Of a stretch of 64,000 bases of DNA, positions 10,645-20,150 are shown one piece after another. Source of the DNA: Candidatus Binataceae bacterium (GTDB lineage Bacteria; Desulfobacterota; Binatia; Binatales; Binataceae); NCBI GenBank assembly GCA_963752805.1, contig CAVWAA010000033.1, positions 10,505 through 74,504 of the forward strand. The letters run 5' to 3'. Numbering within the stretch: the stretch's first letter is position 1; each line of letters begins with the position of its first letter. Made by a program: the position numbers and the translations under genes. A model generated the notes under the pieces. That model was not told where the DNA came from and did no database searches. It saw nothing but the letters and a program-made list of their open reading frames with translations.

Positions 10645-11007
10645 TTACTCCTGTGAGCGCACGTACTTTCGTGCTCTTGGCTTGCCTGACGCATGGTCTT
10701 CAGTGACGCCGGACAGCAGGACCGGCGGGCGGTTGGGGAATTCCGCGACCAGAGACAGACTGCCTCCCATTGCCTCGACCGTCTTTCGGAGTGTAGACAG
10801 CAGGAGATCGCTGCGCTTTTCAAGGCGCGAAACGCTGTCCTGGGTTACCCCGAGGGTCTTGGCCATACGGACCTGCGTGAGTTTGCGAGCCTTTCGGAGC
10901 TCCCGCAAAGTCATTTCTTTGGCGATCAACTCGGCTGCGCGGGCCTCCGCTTTTTTACGTAGAGCCGGACTCAGCTTGCTGATTTTATCATCCACATCCA
11001 CAGGCAT
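10645..11007 (-). CDS. XRE-family HTH antitoxin (HigA-like)
   Basis: 120 aa; HTH LRELRKARKLTQVRMAKTLGVTQDSVSRLEKR; ATG 11007 lies 2 nt after the stop of the upstream toxin remnant. Confidence 0.75.
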   Translation of the reverse strand: MPVDVDDKISKLSPALRKKAEARAAELIAKEMTLRELRKARKLTQVRMAKTLGVTQDSVSRLEKRSDLLLSTLRKTVEAMGGSLSLVAEFPNRPPVLLSGVTEDHASGKPRARKYVRSQE

Positions 11008-11009
11008 GC

Positions 11010-11341
11010 TTACTTCCTTGCCCCTTTCTGCCTGGCAAGATGGGCGTCGAAACGCTCATCGGCCTTCCGGATCAGCTCCCGGTAGAAACGTCTTTCGTTA
11101 ATCCCAACTTATCTCCAGCCACAAGCAGGATCGCCACTCGCCATTCGCCCTCGCCGCGCCAAAACGTAGCTCCTTCATATTGGTATAGCCTGACTCTTGA
11201 GGGTATCGGCGCGCGGTCGCCCCAGCTGCGGACCGAATTGCTGGAGTAGACGCGACAGCGCCAGGATTTCCGCCTTACGTCCTCGTGCAGCGCGTCGAAC
11301 TCGAGCTCAAACTCATCACCGATTTCAACAACCCAGCTCAC
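11010..11341 (-). pseudogene. RelE/HigB-type toxin (phage Gp49-like family), multiple frameshifts
   Basis: Hand translation: frame 1 (M)SWVVEIGDEFELEFDALHEDVRRK; frame 2 ILALSRLLQQFGPQLGRPRADTLK; another NMKELRF; then EWRVAILLVAGDK; final INERRFYRELIRKADERFDAHLARQKGARK* ending at TAA 11010-11012. Together these give a full Gp49-like toxin only if about 3-4 frame changes are allowed. Confidence 0.65.
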
Positions 11342-11349
11342 CCATCAGG

Positions 11350-11369
11350 ATATGTTCTATAATACATAT
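11350..11369. promoter_or_regulatory. AT-rich inverted repeat upstream of the decayed toxin-antitoxin operon (possible operator/-10 region)
   Basis: atatgt-tctataat-acatat: 6-bp perfect arms, 8-nt spacer containing tataat, 9-28 nt upstream of the toxin start codon. Confidence 0.3.
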
Positions 11370-11434
11370 ATGATGTCCGATCCATACAGGAAGCAGCTAG
11401 GATCCTCAAGCTCCGATCCCCGCTACGATGCCGC

Positions 11435-12756
11435 TCAGATTGGAACGTCATGCGAGGCGCTTCCCCAATTGGTGCGCCTCCTTTTATCGTAAATCTGGGT
11501 GGTCGTTACATGTCGGTGGCCGAGCAGCCCCTGAACTTTCCGGATATCGACGCCGGCATCCAGAAGCAGGGTAGCGGTGGTCGCCCGCAGGGAATGGGTG
11601 CTGTAGAGCCGCGTACCTTCCTTAACCTCCCCAGGCAGCTTTGCGACGTAGCCGACAATGACTCGGTACATGCTGGCCCTCGCTCATGGGCTTGTCACCA
11701 AGCTCATCGCTGTTGGGCGCGCGGCGAGCCCGGAAAAATTGGCCCGCTCTCAAGTCGAGCTTTCCCAAGGTATTCGGCAAGCGCCTCGGCGGCGGCGAAA
11801 CGGATGCCGATGGTGCGGTGGCGGTTGCCTTTCTCGTTGATGGTGAGGGTGGTCTCCTCGCCATCCTGATGAAAGTCCCGCACGCGCAGCCGGCAGGCGG
11901 TGGCAAGCCGTACGCCGGTGTAGAGGTAGGTTTTGAGGATGGCGCGGTCGTGGAAATCGAGCACGTCGTCGCCGGCGGGAAGCCCCATCAGCTGACGGGC
12001 GCGGGTGGCGGTCAACGCCCGCGTGCCCTCCAGCGGATCGGACGACTCGCGGGCGATGAACTGGGCGTGGACGGGATTAGGGACGTTGACGGGGGGCCGC
12101 CGGAGTTAGGCAGCAGCGCCGGCCAGGTACTTGTAGAAACTGGAGAGCGAGGAGATGCGGTGGTTGAGGGTCTTGGGGGCCTTGGTTGCGGCCATCATGG
12201 CGTCGCGCCAGCGCTGCACGTCGGCGACCGAAGCCAGCAGCAGCCTGAAGGCCTCCTGCGGCCAGATGAGGCCGAGGAAGTCGACGAAACTCAGGACGTC
12301 GCGGCGGTAAGCGCGCTGAGTATGGTGGCTGGGGCGGCGGGTGGCCCAGCGCTCGAACATTTCGGCGACGCCGGCATAGAAGCTTGAGGCCCGGGCGCGA
12401 AGCTGAGGGGTCAGGTGGCCGGCGAGGATGGGCGGCAGCTCGTCGGGATCCCTCAGGACGACCAGGTTGAGATCGTCGGCCGCGGTCTCGGCAGTGTCGC
12501 TCACGAATACCGCGTCCCCAAGGGGGGATAAATTGTCCGCGGGTGATGCAGAGGTCCTCTTCGTATTTATCCGCCTGGGCGGCGGTAACTGCCTGAATGC
12601 CCTCCCCGCCCCGGCAGTCTCATGACTGATAACAGAATTTATGAGGGCCAAAGTGTTGACTATCGTGTTAACCGGAATGTTAATCGGGAGAGCACTCTGC
12701 AAAAGGGGAGGAGCATCAATGAAACGAAGCTCTCTGCGACTTCGAGTATGGAGCAA
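11435..12756 (-). pseudogene. tyrosine recombinase/integrase with in-frame TAA and a frameshift (true start uncertain)
   Basis: N-terminal SAM-like domain ...HHTQRAYRRDVLSFVDFL...TLNHRISSLSSFYKYL (ORF 12106-12756) ends at TAA 12106-12108. The same frame continues into ...DRAILKTYLYTGVRLATACRLRVRDF... (ORF 11704-12015). The C-terminal [37 protein letters not shown] is in another frame (ORF 11435-11671). Confidence 0.75.
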
Positions 12757-12795
12757 TTAGGCCGGAGCCTACAGACGGCAACCCGCGTCGATGAG

Positions 12796-13356
12796 ATGCG
12801 AAGGCACTTTGTGGTCGTCTCTGGCCTGCCGGGCAGTGGAAAATCCACGTTGGCACGTCGATTGGCTTCAGCTCTAAACCTGCCCCTGATCGACAAGGAT
12901 GAAATCCTCGATCGTTTGTTTGACTCGAAGGGTGTCGGCGATGCGACGTGGCGCCGGGCGCTAAGTCGGGAAAGCGACGTGATTCTTCAGCGGGAAGCAG
13001 TGTCCTTGGATGGTGCCGTTCTGGTGTCGTTCTGGCGGCTGGCTGGAATGGCTGCCGATTCGGGAACTCCAACAGAATGGCTTGGGCGGATCTCCAACAC
13101 GGTTGTCGTTAATGTCCAGTGCAACTGCGAGCCTGCGACTGCGGCAGAGCGATTCTTTCACAGAAAGCGTCACCCGGGACATCTTGATTCCGGCGCATCA
13201 TATGGAGAGGTTTTGGCCAGTCTTCGAAAGCTCTCACGTCTTGATCCCCTCGGCATCGAACCGCGAATCGATGTAGACACGTCGCAGGACCCTAACTTGG
13301 ACGAACTGGTCCGCGACATTCGCGGCGCGTTCGCACGCTGCCTAACATGTGATTGA
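12796..13356 (+). CDS. P-loop kinase/ATPase (AAA_33-like)
   Basis: Walker A VVVSGLPGSGKSTLARRLA right after Met at 12796 (in frame with track ORF 12622-13356; upstream part overlaps the integrase ORF and is probably not translated). Confidence 0.7.
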   Translation: MRRHFVVVSGLPGSGKSTLARRLASALNLPLIDKDEILDRLFDSKGVGDATWRRALSRESDVILQREAVSLDGAVLVSFWRLAGMAADSGTPTEWLGRISNTVVVNVQCNCEPATAAERFFHRKRHPGHLDSGASYGEVLASLRKLSRLDPLGIEPRIDVDTSQDPNLDELVRDIRGAFARCLTCD

Positions 13357-13662
13357 CGGCACGTCGGAAGAAATCCCGACGGACCGTGAGGCCGCTCGGC
13401 GAGTTGCGCAAACATTAGAGCCGTAGTGATGAGCGTCTCGCCAGCTTGACTTCGATGAACCAGCTATGGCGTTTCGTGTGAGCGTCCGCCGTAAATCTCA
13501 GCAGAATTTTTCGGCTGGGTCGTTGGTAGCGCAATAATATGAACGCTTTGCGGCAACGGGTGCACCGCAATTCCCGCAGAATTTGTAGTTGCATCGAGCC
13601 TTCGATGAATAGGCCCCGTTGCTCCCGCACTTTTGGACAGCACATCTTTCCCCTCCCGGGAG

Positions 13663-13990
13663 CTATCCTGTCAACTGATCGAGGTGCCCCTTCGCGTCTT
13701 TCAGATCGGCGGTGTCTAAACCTTCGTTGAACCAGTTGTAGATTTCGGCAAGTATGGTGCGCGCTGCGTCGTGACGGCCGGTATTCCTAAGCAACCGCGC
13801 GAGGCTCATCGCCGACGGCAGTTCCCACGCCTTCGCGCTCATTTTTTGTGCTAGATCGAGCGCTTCGCGAAAAGCCTCCTCGGCCAGCGCTGTTCGCCTT
13901 TCTTGAAGGTGTAGTTCGCCGCGCACGCGGAGCGCCTCGGGGCGATAGGCGGGTTCTTCAGGTTTAACTGGAATTTGCGCTGGACTCGGC
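13663..13990 (-). pseudogene. C-terminal fragment of a large TPR-containing ATPase/cyclase-type regulator
   Basis: ...PEALRVRGELHLQERRTALAEEAFREALDLAQKMSAKAWELPSAMSLARLLRNTGRHDAARTILAEIYNWFNEGLDTADLKDAKGHLDQL: the conserved extreme C-terminus of that protein class, with no N-terminal body upstream. Confidence 0.55.
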
Positions 13991-14220
13991 GGGCAATGCC
14001 TACGTCACCGCTACACGGCTTCCACTGACTTTCCGACTACCGCCGGGGCGTTTCAGACCACTTGCGGCGGCATCTGTGAACATCCGTTCGTCAGCAAACT
14101 AAACCCACATTGCTACATTTACAAACGGGGGTGCTTTCTCTGCCACGATCCGCACCTCCTTTCCTTCGGCTATGTCGCTTGAGATGGCTTTCTTTCGTTA
14201 ACGGTCCGAGGGTGCAAGCG

Positions 14221-14670
14221 TTAACGGGGCTTCCGTTCCCAACGGTCGGCTATGTATCTCGCGAACCGCAAATCGTGCTCGTAGCCAAAGTCCAGCAAGG
14301 ACCGCCAAAAATCGATCGCCCAAGGATACTCGTGCTCCACTAGAGCAGAGAGTCTTTCGGCACCCTTCGCGAAAAGCGCGTTGCTTATCTCCTCCACCAA
14401 CCGGCGAGCAATTCCCCTTCGTCGGTATTCGGGCGTCACGGCGAGACGGTAGATGTTACCCCGCCATCCGTCCCATCCACCGATCACGGAACCGATAATC
14501 CGATCATCGATTGTTGCAACGAGAAGGATGGCACCCGGCGCTTTGATCAAGCCGGTCAATCCATCGATCGAATCAGTGACGCTGGGAGGGGTAACCCCAG
14601 CCTCATCCCACAGCCGCAGCACAGCCGAGAGCTCGTCGCGAACTCGTCGAATTACTAGTTCACTGGGCAT
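14221..14670 (-). CDS. GNAT-family N-acetyltransferase
   Basis: Start MPSELVIRRV (Met at 14670 within track ORF 14221-14802); acetyl-CoA motif YRRRGIARRLVEEI. Confidence 0.75.
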   Translation of the reverse strand: MPSELVIRRVRDELSAVLRLWDEAGVTPPSVTDSIDGLTGLIKAPGAILLVATIDDRIIGSVIGGWDGWRGNIYRLAVTPEYRRRGIARRLVEEISNALFAKGAERLSALVEHEYPWAIDFWRSLLDFGYEHDLRFARYIADRWERKPR

Positions 14671-14728
14671 TTGAGTTTCGGTGGACGACAGACTGAGCAG
14701 TTGGTATCGAACAAACGCGCGCTCACGC

Positions 14729-15692
14729 TTACTTGATTCCGACCACCATCGACTCCACGCCGGTAAGCTGTTCGACACGCGTCTCGCTGAAACCCGCTTC
14801 ACGCATCCATTTGCAACAGTCCGCGCCGGTGTAGTCGAAGCCCCCTTGCGTTTCTAACAGCATGATCAGACTCATCACTAGGCCGTTAGCGTTTTTTCGC
14901 CGCTCGTCATCGATAAGGTGTTCATAGACGATGAGCGCTCCGCCCCGAGGCAGGACATCGTGCGCTTTCTTTAGCAAGGTAATTTTCACGTCGAGGTTCC
15001 AGTCATGCAGGATCATACCCATCACGAGGACGTCCGCGGCTGGCAGGGAGTCCTTGAAAAAATCGCCGAGACGAAACTTGATACGATCCTGAAGGCGGAA
15101 AGACGCGATGTATTCTTCAAAGAAGGGACGCACCGTCGGCAGGTCGAAACCCTCCCCCAACCAGGTACGGATGCGCCATCGCAACCTGCACGGGAAGGCA
15201 TCCTTCAGCGGTCCCAATGTCGGCGAAGGTCCGGTATTTCTCCCATGGAAACTTCTGCGCGATAGCCATCGCCGACGGCAGGCTGTGCCCGGTCATCCCC
15301 CTTAGAAAAAAGCGTAGTCGCTCGGGGGTCCTATACATAGCATCAACCCAGTCCTCATCCCCACTCTTGATTTCGTTCTGTGGGTCGCCGGTCTTCAACG
15401 CCTCTGAGAGCTTTCCGAAGAGCTGATATTCCCGCAGACTCGAGATCTCGACACAGTTCCCAAGATAGGTGGCCTTGGCCCGATCGAGATAGAAGTCCGT
15501 TTCGGAGGTATTGGAGTAAACATGACCACGACGCTCCAGCACCCCGAGCGTTACCAGCGTGTCCAGGAAATCGCGAACGCCGCGGGGATGAAGCCCGCAG
15601 CGTTTCTGAATCTCCCCGGCCTCCAGCCGCCCTTTGGCCAGTTCGGTAAAGAGTCCGAATTCGATGGCGCTGAAGAGGACCTTTGACGCCAT
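14729..15692 (-). pseudogene. class-I SAM-dependent O-methyltransferase (dimerisation + Methyltransf_2 type), one frameshift in a G5/C5 run
   Basis: ORF 15117-15692 gives ...KVLFSAIEFGLFTELAKG...[24 protein letters not shown]; ORF 14729-15217 continues [17 protein letters not shown]...LHDWNLD...[11 protein letters not shown]. Removing one G from gttgggggaggg (C-run at 15154-15158 on + strand) restores ...HPYLVGEGFDLP. In-frame upstream sequence (DRIEYLSFGF) lacks a start, so the N-terminus may also be clipped. Confidence 0.8.
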
Positions 15693-15740
15693 GAACCCGA
15701 ACGAGAGATACTCAATGCGATCGGTTGTGCTCCAAAAGGA

Positions 15741-16286
15741 ATTTCACTTCTGTGGTTTGACTCCAGTGACGTGCATCGAACCCTGTGCGCTGCTGCTACG
15801 CCCGACGGTGCGCATCGGAAAAGGAGGCCGTGTTGTGCTCCAGCCCAAGCAGCACCGTCGCGCTCGACCAAAACTGCGGGAGGCTCGCCGGCTCGAACTT
15901 CCCGTACGGCCACGCCGCGCCAGCCTTCTGCGCCCGCAGTTCGCGCGGCTTCAATCAACGCCTCCTGCATAGCCGGATGATCGAACCCCAAGGCCGGCAG
16001 GTGTTGAAGAGTGGTGGCCCTGAGATCGCGAGGCGGCTCCATACCCATAGTGTCGAAATTCGGCAATTCAGGAGCGCAGCGCTCGAGCAATGTGTCGAAA
16101 ATCCCGATTCGTTGTGCCTCCGCGACACCCTATGGCGCGACCCACTCGCCGCGAATGCGATCCGAGAATTGACGCTCGCGCTCGACCACCTGCACGCGCG
16201 CGCCGCTCTTCGCCATGTTTTTTCGCCCGCGCTGACCCGCCCAAGCCTCCACCGACCGTGATCAGGTCGAAGTCGTAGCTTTTCAT
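15741..16286 (-). pseudogene. FAD-dependent monooxygenase, N-terminal fragment with frameshift and TAG nonsense codon
   Basis: MKSYDFDLITVGGGLGGS (GxGxxG) then frame change in an A-run to ...LAKNMAKSGARVQVVERERQFSDRIRGEWVAP*GVAEAQRIG with TAG at 16130-16132 where Trp is expected; sequence degenerates and runs into the O-methyltransferase gene. Confidence 0.7.
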
Positions 16287-16429
16287 TCCGCACGCTCATA
16301 TTGGCCGCGTATATTGGTTCAGTTCGGAGAGCTTCTCGAGCGTGGCTCCGGCACCGAACTCGTTCACGGCCTGAACCGAGTCTGCCCGACCCAGTCGGCG
16401 AACCACCGTCGAACTACATCGGGGCATCA

Positions 16430-17560
16430 TCACGCTGTCGCCTGTGCCGACTCCTTTCGGACCTTCAGCAGACCTTCAAGCTCGTCGGCGGCCGCGATTG
16501 CCCCACTGCGCGAACGCAGGCGGGCGCAGACGACTCCCGCAGCGTGTTGGTACGATGGGTCCCGGAGAAGCGACCGCACCTCGGTCCGGATCTCCTCGGC
16601 GGAAGCAGTCTTCGGCAAGACCCGCCCGGCACCCGCCGCGGCGACGGCCTTCCCAATCATTGGCTGATCGAGGATGCGGTGCATTGGCATGATGAGCAGC
16701 GGTATCCCGTGAGCGAGGGCGCGCATCGTGGTCGAATGCCCGCCGTGGCCGACGACCAGCGACGCCGAGGGCATGATGTCGTCGTGCGGTAGGTATTGGT
16801 GCGCCTCGACGTTGGCGGGTACCCTGAGGGCGCCGGGGGCGACGGCGCCGGTGGTAACGACTCCTCGGATCGGCAGCGTCTCCAACGCGTCGAGGATTGC
16901 TTGGAGGGTCTCCACCTGACCCTCGAAAAAGAGCGTGCTAAGGCTCACCAGGACGAGTGGCTTGTTCTCCGGGACACCGGGCTGGACGGGAGCCTGGACT
17001 ACGCCCGTGTAGCGGACGTTCGCCGGCAGCCGCCGTTCTGCCGAAGGGTCGAGAGCGGAGTCGGTCGCCACCAGAACTCAATCGGCCGCATTCCAGAGCC
17101 TGCCGGGGCGCATACCGCGCACAGCCGCAACGACGCCAATCGGGCCACGGCTCCACTCGTGGGTGTGGTACCGGTGCAGCGTGTGCATGAGGATGGCGGT
17201 GGGCACCCCGGCCCGCTCGGCGGCGCGCACCCCGGCCAGGATCATCGAGTCCACCAGCGCCAAGTCAACCGGCTCGCGAGCGAGTTCGTTACGCACGTCC
17301 TTGCCCGGACCAGGATCGGTGAAGACCCCGAAAAGGAACCGCAACAGGAACCGTGTTCCCGTGGCAGCGACCTTCGGCGACCAGGGGCGCGCGTGGTGGT
17401 AGTCAACGAACTCCAGACCGGCCGAAACCACTACTGCGCGTTGCTGGGGATGGCCGAGCACACGGACCTGATGACCGCGGCGCTGCAGTTCGCGCGCGAC
17501 GCCGAGCATCGGCGGGACGTTGCCACCGCCATCCCATGTCACAACCAGAATCCGTGCCAT
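16430..17560 (-). pseudogene. GT1/MGT-type (macrolide-glycosyltransferase-like) UDP-glycosyltransferase interrupted by in-frame TGA
   Basis: N-half MARILVVTWDGGGNVPPMLGVARELQRRGHQVRVLG (ORF 17078-17560) and C-half ...HGGHSTTMRALAHGIPLLIMPMHRILDQPMIG (ORF 16430-17071) are in the same frame, separated only by TGA 17078-17080 (..WNAAD*VLVATDSALD..). Confidence 0.75.
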
Positions 17561-17561
17561 A

Positions 17562-18131
17562 TCAGCTCCTTTCGGAGGGTGCAGGCAGGACAGCCCGCAC
17601 TAGGCGCAGCATGCGTTTGCAGGTGGTTGAGCGGTCCATGCCGCCATCTCGGCGCAGGATTTTCCAAGTGAGCACGTCGGTGGCGACCACGAGCAAGTCC
17701 ACGAGTTCTTCGCGGTCGCGCCGGCCGGCGAGCTGAGGAGCGAAGACCTCCTCCACCCATTCGCGATGCACCCGACGGCCGAGCTCCACGGTCTGCCGGC
17801 TCAGCTTGTCGCTGTGCTCCTGCGCCTGTAGCCGCAGCGACCATTCGCCCAGTCGGTCGTAGAACGCGACGATGGTGCGTACCGCCGACGCGGCGTCACC
17901 GATCGGTGTAGCCCGTTCGGAGCGAACCTGCGCCAGCTGGCGTGCCTGCGCCTGTTCGAAGAGACACTGTCTGCTACCGAAGTGCCGTAAAACGGTCTGG
18001 ACACTCACACCTGCCCGGTCGGCGACGTCGGCAAGGACGATCTCTACCGACAACCGCTCCTCGGAGAGAGCAATGACCGCATCCAGGATTCGCTCCCGCG
18101 TCTTGGTGGCCGACTCGGCGCGCTCGCGCAT
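17562..18131 (-). CDS. TetR-family transcriptional regulator
   Basis: TRERILDAVIALSEERLSVEIVLADVADRAGVSVQTVLRHFGSR HTH; probable start MRERAES at 18131 within track ORF 17562-18191; stop is 2 nt upstream of the glycosyltransferase start. Confidence 0.85.
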   Translation of the reverse strand: MRERAESATKTRERILDAVIALSEERLSVEIVLADVADRAGVSVQTVLRHFGSRQCLFEQAQARQLAQVRSERATPIGDAASAVRTIVAFYDRLGEWSLRLQAQEHSDKLSRQTVELGRRVHREWVEEVFAPQLAGRRDREELVDLLVVATDVLTWKILRRDGGMDRSTTCKRMLRLVRAVLPAPSERS

Positions 18132-18185
18132 CGTGTAGCTGCGCGTCAGCTTCACCCCAGCCATTTTCATGTTGACGTAAGTTAG

Positions 18186-18210
18186 CACCAAATTCTACAT
18201 TGGTGTCAAT
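18186..18210. promoter_or_regulatory. possible TetR operator/promoter (CACCAA-N8-TTGGTG adjacent to TTGACA on the minus strand)
   Basis: Inverted repeat caccaa(18186-18191)/ttggtg(18200-18205); reverse complement of 18205-18210 is TTGACA; about 55-80 nt upstream of the likely TetR start. Confidence 0.3.
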
Positions 18211-18369
18211 GACCATGAACACGAATTCTGCGGCCAGGAGCGCTCGCATCGCGACCCAAGGCGAAGGGCGTGGGAACAGATCGCGAGGCACGCCGGCACG
18301 GCTTCCCCCAAACTCTCGACGGGGATCACGACTGCCCGCGGGTATTACGAGTGGAAAATCCCGCCGGCG

Positions 18370-19106
18370 ATGCCTTCTATGCGCTATCGACGGATCGCGT
18401 CACGTTGGGATATCGGCATAGTTCGGCTGTGCATTACTTCGCGTTTCAACGTCAACGCCGGTGAGATTCGTCCTATAGCGTTGGGCCGGTGCGCCGGGGC
18501 GGGGAGTTGCCGATGGTTGGCGACTCCGGTTGACGGATCTCCATTTCCCCACGCGAAGGGGTTACGCCGCCGATCGAGCCGTGAACTCGGACGGGGCTGT
18601 GAGGGAATTGCGCTTATTCGTCGGGGCATAGCTGAGTTGCTTCAAATCGGGAATCGCGCCGGCGTAACTGGTAATCTTGCGACGCTGGCAGTTGCGCAGC
18701 TTCGCGAAGGCGCTATCGCGGATGCACTCGCAACAGTTGAAGGGGCATCAACTTTAATCCCCAAGAGGGCAAAGGCCTTTCCGACACGCTCCGGGTTCGC
18801 GGCGAAGTACACCTTAAGCAGGGAGATCTGCAATTGGCTGAAACCGACTTCCGGGAGTCGATTGCAATGGCGCACCGCATGGGCGCAAAGGCATGGGAGG
18901 CGCGCACGGCACTGAGCCTCGCGCGGTTACTCGTGCGTCAGGAGCGTCGGCATGAAGCGCGTTCGATATTGGCGAAGATTTACGGCATGTTTACCGAAGG
19001 ATTCGATACAAGCGATCTAAAAGAAGCTGAAGAGTTGCTCGACGAACTCAGTGACGACCCGCAGGTTCGTGCTCACCGACTGCGAACACGGCTGGTCGCG
19101 CGTTAA
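18370..19106 (+). pseudogene. C-terminal fragment of a TPR-containing ATPase/cyclase-type regulator (paralog of 13663-13990), frameshifted
   Basis: ...EGIALIRRGIAELLQIGNRAGVTGNLATLAVAQLREGAIADALATVEGA (ORF 18370-18915); then in another frame GINFNPQEGKGLSDTLRVRGEVHLKQGDLQLAETDFRESIAMAHRMGAKAWEARTALSLARLLVRQERRHEARSILAKIYGMFTEGFDTSDLKEAEELLDEL (ORF 18834-19106). Confidence 0.55.
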
Positions 19107-19439
19107 TCGCGCGGCTATCCTAAGGGTACACGCTCTACTACCGTACAATCGCGCCGGGAATGATCGAAATCGTCCGGATCCTCCACGAGCACATGGACCG
19201 CAGCCGTCACTCCACGAGAGTTCCGAAGACAAGCAGCGAATTCAGCATACCAAGTACGTCAAGTAGCGGAGAAAGATGGCATTCCGTCGCTCTTTATACT
19301 GCATAACGAACAGGATTGTATCCGAAGTGCTCAGTCGGTCGCTGGTGTGTAGTGTTGGCCTACCTATACTCAGCTTGCTATGAGATTGAGCATTTCGGAC
19401 ACAATTTGTTGAGCTAAGCCGCGTCGTCTATGGGGATTC

Positions 19440-19680
19440 AATTGGGCTGGTTTTGATCACTGCAGTCTGAGACGAGGCCCCTTCAGACGACCGCGTGAGA
19501 GCGTTGCGAGAGTTTGGAGCGAAGAGAGTCTGCGCATTGGATTCAATGGTCTTGAGGTTGCGGTGACCGAGCAGAACTGGATGCGGCGGAGGTCAATCGC
19601 GTCTTCCAGCAGATGGGTCGCGAAACAATGGCGCAAAGTCTGCGGTGATATGGGCTTCGAGAGATGAGCCGCTTCTCCGT
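19440..19680 (-). pseudogene. tyrosine recombinase C-terminal remnant
   Basis: Hand translation SKPISPQTLRHCFATHLLEDAIDLRRIQ then (frame change) VLLGHRNLKTIESNAQ...; nucleotide resemblance to the recombinase at 5040-5170. Confidence 0.5.
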
Positions 19681-19734
19681 GGCCGCGCTAGAATCGGAAT
19701 GATTTACTGCGAACCGAACCGGCTCTTCGCAGAT

Positions 19735-20121
19735 TCAGCTGCGTCCCGCAAATCTATCGACTATAGACTTGAGTGAATCGACTTCTTCAGAAGTGATCGT
19801 GTGTATTTCGACTAGTTCACCGAAATGTTTATTCAAGAAGGGCTTAACTTTAAACGCATAGGTTCCGAGCTTGTTTACGATAAACGATAAAGACGCGACG
19901 CTCTCCTTGCTCCGCATTGATCCTAGGCGACGAGGTGTCTCTGGGTGCATCTCGGGATCGCGCAGCAATTCTAGCGACGGTTGATGATCCTGAGCCTTGC
20001 TCGACTGATAGGTCAGCTCAAAATTAATTTCAGTACCGACCCTCACGGTGGTGTTAGGGTGCACCGTCAGGAAATATCGATCGGGAAGCCGAATTGATGC
20101 TGGCTTTGAGATCTTCGGCAT
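19735..20121 (-). CDS. hypothetical protein (128 aa), last gene of the lipase cassette
   Basis: ATG 20121 preceded by GGAGG about 7 nt upstream; 29 nt after the lipase stop; no recognisable motif; AT-richer than surroundings. Confidence 0.5.
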   Translation of the reverse strand: MPKISKPASIRLPDRYFLTVHPNTTVRVGTEINFELTYQSSKAQDHQPSLELLRDPEMHPETPRRLGSMRSKESVASLSFIVNKLGTYAFKVKPFLNKHFGELVEIHTITSEEVDSLKSIVDRFAGRS

Positions 20122-20150
20122 AGCAGCCTCCAGTTAGAGATTGCGAGCTG

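Noticed and set aside
13415-13645. The 76-aa minus-strand ORF containing CTRCRK, considered as a small zinc-ribbon gene.
   Set aside because: It has a single Cys pair, no ribosome-binding site that I could see, and a basic low-complexity tail. The evidence is insufficient.
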